Shown one piece after another: positions 60,296 to 64,000 of a stretch of 64,000 nucleotides of DNA (position 1 is the first letter of the stretch; the number at the start of each line of letters is the position of its first letter). The stretch lies in assembly GCA_965209035.1 (NCBI GenBank), contig OZ242372.1, forward strand, positions 256,001 through 320,000. Reading direction: 5' to 3'. The notes under the pieces were generated by a model, which was given only the letters and a program-made list of their open reading frames with translations, was not told the DNA's origin and ran no database searches. The stretch comes from Gammaproteobacteria bacterium (lineage in GTDB: Bacteria > Pseudomonadota > Gammaproteobacteria > CBDBNL01 > JAAOII01). Both the position numbers and the translations under genes were made by a program.

Positions 60296-60649
60296 TCAGA
60301 GGTTAACTTTAATTTTGTCGACAAGTAAGGTAAATTCTTGCTCGTGATGCATTGCCATATCCGCAAGAACTTTTGTGTCAAGTTCAATAGAAGACTTTTT
60401 TAAACCGAACATCAGGCGGCTATAACTCAATCCGTTCCGACGGGCTGCCGCATTGATACGCGTGATCCAAAGGGAGCGAAAATCTCTTTTTCTCACTTTG
60501 CGATCCCGATAAGCATATTGTGCGGCACGTATGACCGCCTGTTTTGCCGAACGAAATGTCCGACTGCGTGCGCCGTAATATCCTTTGGCTTGTTTTAGAA
60601 CCTTGGCGTGTCGGCGACGGGCTACAACGGATCTCTTTACTCTGGCCAT
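60296..60649 (-). CDS. rplT: 50S ribosomal protein L20
   Basis: [25 protein letters not shown]. Confidence 0.97.
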   Translation of the reverse strand: MARVKRSVVARRRHAKVLKQAKGYYGARSRTFRSAKQAVIRAAQYAYRDRKVRKRDFRSLWITRINAAARRNGLSYSRLMFGLKKSSIELDTKVLADMAMHHEQEFTLLVDKIKVNL

Positions 60650-60653
60650 GATA

Positions 60654-60845
60654 TCAATGAACCAGCAGTTTCTTTGCTACGCGTGCGGGCTGTGCACTTA
60701 AAAAGTTTCGGCCGCGCAGTTTGCGCTTTTGTTTCATACTTTTACCGCCAAAATTATGACCGGTAAACGCGTGACGATATTTCAAGCCGCCCGCACTTTT
60801 TTTGAAACGCTTGGCAACTCCTTTGATTGTTTTAATTTTTGGCAT
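60654..60845 (-). CDS. rpmI: 50S ribosomal protein L35
   Basis: [15 protein letters not shown]; located between infC and rplT; start reassigned. Confidence 0.93.
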   Translation of the reverse strand: MPKIKTIKGVAKRFKKSAGGLKYRHAFTGHNFGGKSMKQKRKLRGRNFLSAQPARVAKKLLVH

Positions 60846-61620
60846 TTTCTTTTTCTTTTTGTTGCTTCTTATTAATTCCCGGTGCATCCTCTTTTTTGGC
60901 ATCATCCTGAGTCGGCAGATTTTCCTTAACCGCTACCTTTGCCTCATTCGCCGCCTTCGCTTCCGGCTTGGTCTCACTCGCCGCTTTCGCTCCTAACTTG
61001 GCCTCACTCACCGCTTTCGCTTCTAATTTCGTCCCACTCACCGCTTTCGCTCCTAACTTTGTCCCACTCGCCACTTTCGTTTCCGGCTTGGGCTCACTCG
61101 CAGAACTTTGTTGTTTCTGCAAGGGTCTTAGGACAATAATCAATTGCTTTCCTTCCAACTTGCTCTCATTTTCCGGCTCACTAATAGCGGACAAATCATT
61201 GATCACTCTGTTCAGCACATTATAACCCTGCTCCTTATAAACCACTTCTCTACCCCTAAAACGGATCGTAATCTTGGTGCGATCTCCTTGTTCCAAAAAC
61301 CTTTGCAATTTTTTCAATTTCACTTTGTAATCTCCTTCTTCTGTTCCGATACGAAACTTTACTTCTTTTAAAACCATTCTCTTGTGCTTCTTTTTGGATG
61401 CCGACTGTCGTTTCTTTTTTTCAAAAACATACTTTTTGTAGTCCAACAGTTTGCATACGGGCACACGACTATCTTCTTTCACCTGCACAAGATCGACATT
61501 ATTGCGTTGCGCGTGTCGCATCGCTTCGCCAAAAGCAAGAACGCCTAACTGTCTCCCCTGCAAATCAATTAACCGAACGCGATCTGCCTCGATCTGTTCG
61601 TTTATCTTTAAATCTCGCAA
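60832..61620 (-). CDS. infC: Translation initiation factor IF-3 with a long repetitive C-terminal tail
   Basis: INEQI..VRLID, KEVKFR and IRFRGRE; TTG start. Confidence 0.95.
   Translation of the reverse strand: MRDLKINEQIEADRVRLIDLQGRQLGVLAFGEAMRHAQRNNVDLVQVKEDSRVPVCKLLDYKKYVFEKKKRQSASKKKHKRMVLKEVKFRIGTEEGDYKVKLKKLQRFLEQGDRTKITIRFRGREVVYKEQGYNVLNRVINDLSAISEPENESKLEGKQLIIVLRPLQKQQSSASEPKPETKVASGTKLGAKAVSGTKLEAKAVSEAKLGAKAASETKPEAKAANEAKVAVKENLPTQDDAKKEDAPGINKKQQKEKENAKN
60945..61100 (-). repeat. 30-bp coding tandem repeat (about five units) in the infC tail
   Basis: [50 protein letters not shown]. Confidence 0.85.
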
Positions 61621-61692
61621 ATTAAACTCGCCTTACTCAACCGCATCTTGTTTCTTTCAATAGACTATTTGCAGATTCAATCTTATCAACTC

Positions 61693-63675
61693 TCAACCGA
61701 ATACTTCTCCTCTTCCTCGTGCTTTCGCATTTTCTTCGTTCTTTGGCATTCCGCCTTCCAATTCTTCTTTTGGTCCCTTCCGCAACATAGTCATCAGATC
61801 CGAGGTATGCATAATGCCCAAATCCGCACCATCGCGCTTCCGAACAGAAATACTGTCGGACTGCTCTTCCTTGTTACCCAAGATAATTAAATAAGGAACT
61901 TTTTTCATCGTATGTTCTCTTATTTTATACCCAATTTTTTCGTTTCGCAGATCCAATTCCGCCCGAAATCCTTGTAAACAAATAAATTCACATACTTTTC
62001 GCGCATAAGACGCCTGATCGTCAGTAATCGTCATCACCGTCAGTTGAACCGGAGCAAATTCAAACGGCAAGCTACCCGAATAGTGTTCTATCATGATGCC
62101 GATAAATCGTTCCATGGAACCCAAAACAGCCTGATGTAGCATGACCGGCGTCTTTCGCTCACCCGAAGCGGTCACATACTCGGCACCCAATCTTCCCGGC
62201 ATGGAAAAATCTACTTGTATGGTCCCACACTGCCAAACACGACCTATTTGATCCTTAAGAGAAAATTCTATCTTGGGTCCGTAAAACGCCCCTTCACCGG
62301 GTAACAGATCCCATTCATAACCGCCCGCATTGAGTGCTTCTGTTAATGCTTGCTCCGCCTTGTCCCAGATTGCATCATCTCCCACCCGATTTTCCGGGCG
62401 CGTGGAAAGCTTGAGAATCACCTTATCAAAACCCAGTCGCCGATAAAGACGCAAAATAAGATTGAGCGAACGCAAGACCTCGTCTTTCACCTGCTCTTCG
62501 GTCAAGAAAATATGGGCATCATCCTGGGTAAAGTTGCGCGCCCGCAGCATGCCGTGCAGCGTGCCGGAAGGTTCGGCACGATGGACATTGCCAAACTCGC
62601 CGTAACGCAAGGGCAAATCTTTGTAACTGTGAAGTCCCTGTTTGAAAATCTGCACATGCCCCGGACAATTCATCGGTTTGATCGCATATTCGCGCCCCTC
62701 ATTCTCCGTAGTAAACATCATATCGCGAAATTTTTCCCAGTGCCCGGATTTCTCCCACAGACTGCGTGCCATGATCTGCGGTGTCTTAATCTCATCATAG
62801 CCCGCGTCTTCCATGGTTTTACGGACAAGTTCTTCAAGCAGAAGGTACACCTTCAGACCGCGCGGATGCCAAAAAATCATTCCGGGCGCTTCCTCCTGCG
62901 AATGAAAAAAGGACAACCTCTTTCCCAACTTGCGATGATCGCGCTTTTCAGCCTCTTCCAACCGGTGCAGATACTCGTTTAATTCTTTTTGTGCAGACCA
63001 GCAGGTTCCGTAAATGCGCTGTAACATTTCGTTACGGGCATCGCCGCGCCAGTAAGCACCCGCCAACTTCATCAGTTTCAATGCTTTGGGTTTGATATGC
63101 CGTGTGTTCGGAACATGCGGCCCGCGACACATATCAACATATTCCAGATGACGATATACCTGCAAGGTCTGCTCTTCTTTTGGTATATCGTTAATTAATT
63201 TCAGTTTGTAGTTCTCCCCTCTTTCTTTGAAAATTTTGATGACTTCCGCGCGCGGCAAGACCTCTTTGACAACCTCGTAATTTTGTGCCGCCAATTCTTG
63301 CATACGCCGTTCAATTTTCTCCAGATCCGCCTCGGTCAGAGTCCGCTCCGAAGCCACATCATAGTAAAATCCGTCCTCGATGACCGGTCCGATTGCCATT
63401 TTTGTTTCCGGGTAAAGTTGCTTGATTGCATGTCCCAGCAGATGGGCGCAAGAATGACGAACAATGTCCAACCCCTTGGCATCATTAATCGTAAGAATAC
63501 GCACCTCGGCATCTTCTTCCACCCTGTCGCAAAGATCCCGTTGGCGTGCCCCCACCATTCCCGCCAGGGCGTCCCGGGCAAGCCCCTCGCCAATCCCTTC
63601 GGCTATCTCGCGCAGACTGGGCGGCTGTGCATACTCACGGGCACTGCCGTTCGGTAAACTAATTTTTATAGGCAT
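61693..63675 (-). CDS. thrS: Threonyl-tRNA synthetase
   Basis: RHSCAHLL, DMCRGPHVP, KPMNCPGH and GAFYGPK. Confidence 0.97.
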   Translation of the reverse strand: MPIKISLPNGSAREYAQPPSLREIAEGIGEGLARDALAGMVGARQRDLCDRVEEDAEVRILTINDAKGLDIVRHSCAHLLGHAIKQLYPETKMAIGPVIEDGFYYDVASERTLTEADLEKIERRMQELAAQNYEVVKEVLPRAEVIKIFKERGENYKLKLINDIPKEEQTLQVYRHLEYVDMCRGPHVPNTRHIKPKALKLMKLAGAYWRGDARNEMLQRIYGTCWSAQKELNEYLHRLEEAEKRDHRKLGKRLSFFHSQEEAPGMIFWHPRGLKVYLLLEELVRKTMEDAGYDEIKTPQIMARSLWEKSGHWEKFRDMMFTTENEGREYAIKPMNCPGHVQIFKQGLHSYKDLPLRYGEFGNVHRAEPSGTLHGMLRARNFTQDDAHIFLTEEQVKDEVLRSLNLILRLYRRLGFDKVILKLSTRPENRVGDDAIWDKAEQALTEALNAGGYEWDLLPGEGAFYGPKIEFSLKDQIGRVWQCGTIQVDFSMPGRLGAEYVTASGERKTPVMLHQAVLGSMERFIGIMIEHYSGSLPFEFAPVQLTVMTITDDQASYARKVCEFICLQGFRAELDLRNEKIGYKIREHTMKKVPYLIILGNKEEQSDSISVRKRDGADLGIMHTSDLMTMLRKGPKEELEGGMPKNEENAKARGRGEVFG

Positions 63676-63699
63676 TTTTTACTCATCGTAATTAAAAAA

Positions 63700-63773
63700 T
63701 AGGCACGATTGGACTCGAACCAACGACCCCTACCATGTCAAGGTAGTGCTCTAACCAGCTGAGCTACGCGCCT
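63700..63773 (-). tRNA. tRNA-Val(GAC)
   Basis: AGGCGCGTAGCTCAGCTGGTTAGAGCACTACCTTGACATGGTAG..GTTCGAGTCC; no CCA. Confidence 0.96.
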
Positions 63774-63804
63774 TCAGTTGGTATTTTATGGTAAGTGAAA
63801 TGTG

Positions 63805-64000
63805 TCAGCCTGACCAGGTACCGGTCAGAATAACCCCCAGAATCAACAGGTTCAGCCCCAATAAGAGGCCTGTCGTTAAGGTGACTTTTGCTTCCAGATG
63901 TTTGACATCTCCCTGAACCTCCAGGATGGACTTCTCCATATCCGAACGCAACGCATTGATAGATTTATCCGTATCCGAACGCAACGCAAGATTGGACCTC
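63805..64000 (-). CDS. 3' end of a membrane-anchored coiled-coil protein with 11-aa repeats (partial)
   Basis: Hand translation ..ALRSDTDKSINALRSDMEKSILEVQGDVKHLEAKVTLTTGLLLGLNLLILGVILTGTWSG*. Confidence 0.7.
   Translation of the reverse strand, partial: RSNLALRSDTDKSINALRSDMEKSILEVQGDVKHLEAKVTLTTGLLLGLNLLILGVILTGTWSG

Noticed and set aside
32-63691. Numerous long antisense or alternate-frame ORFs (e.g. 41981..43129, 46095..47006, 20072..20851)
   Set aside because: They shadow well-recognised genes on the opposite strand and show no motifs.

Overview
Chromosomal window from a bacterium, most likely a gammaproteobacterium. A host-associated lifestyle (possibly sponge symbiont) is inferred from the FN3/GLUG surface lipoprotein, inositol catabolism and broken synteny; it is not proven. 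The left half (1-28.3 kb) is accessory. It holds a partial FN3/GLUG lipoprotein, a complete IS481-family element plus two orphan copies of its left end, a 15-bp x18 tandem array, several membrane-anchored coiled-coil repeat genes, tRNA-Val/tRNA-Asp, zapE, NYN, GT39, and a large inositol (iol) cluster with a duplicated iolG. Between iolC and iolD sits a non-autonomous IS1595-like cassette: 25-bp perfect inverted repeats, an internally deleted transposase, a Panacea/SocA antitoxin and frameshifted cargo. Its end carries an outward sigma70-like promoter directly in front of iolD. The right half is housekeeping (aroG, coaX, birA, rpsU, hda, surA, lptD, tolC, parE, clpB, purH, pnp, rpsO, lepB, tsaE, porin, thyA, ccmH/I, greA, thrS-infC-rpmI-rplT-pheST). 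The exception is an Hpy99I-like restriction-modification pair in which both genes are broken by a single short perfect tandem duplication. Short tandem duplications occur throughout the window. All family calls come from motif recognition by eye, not from database searches.
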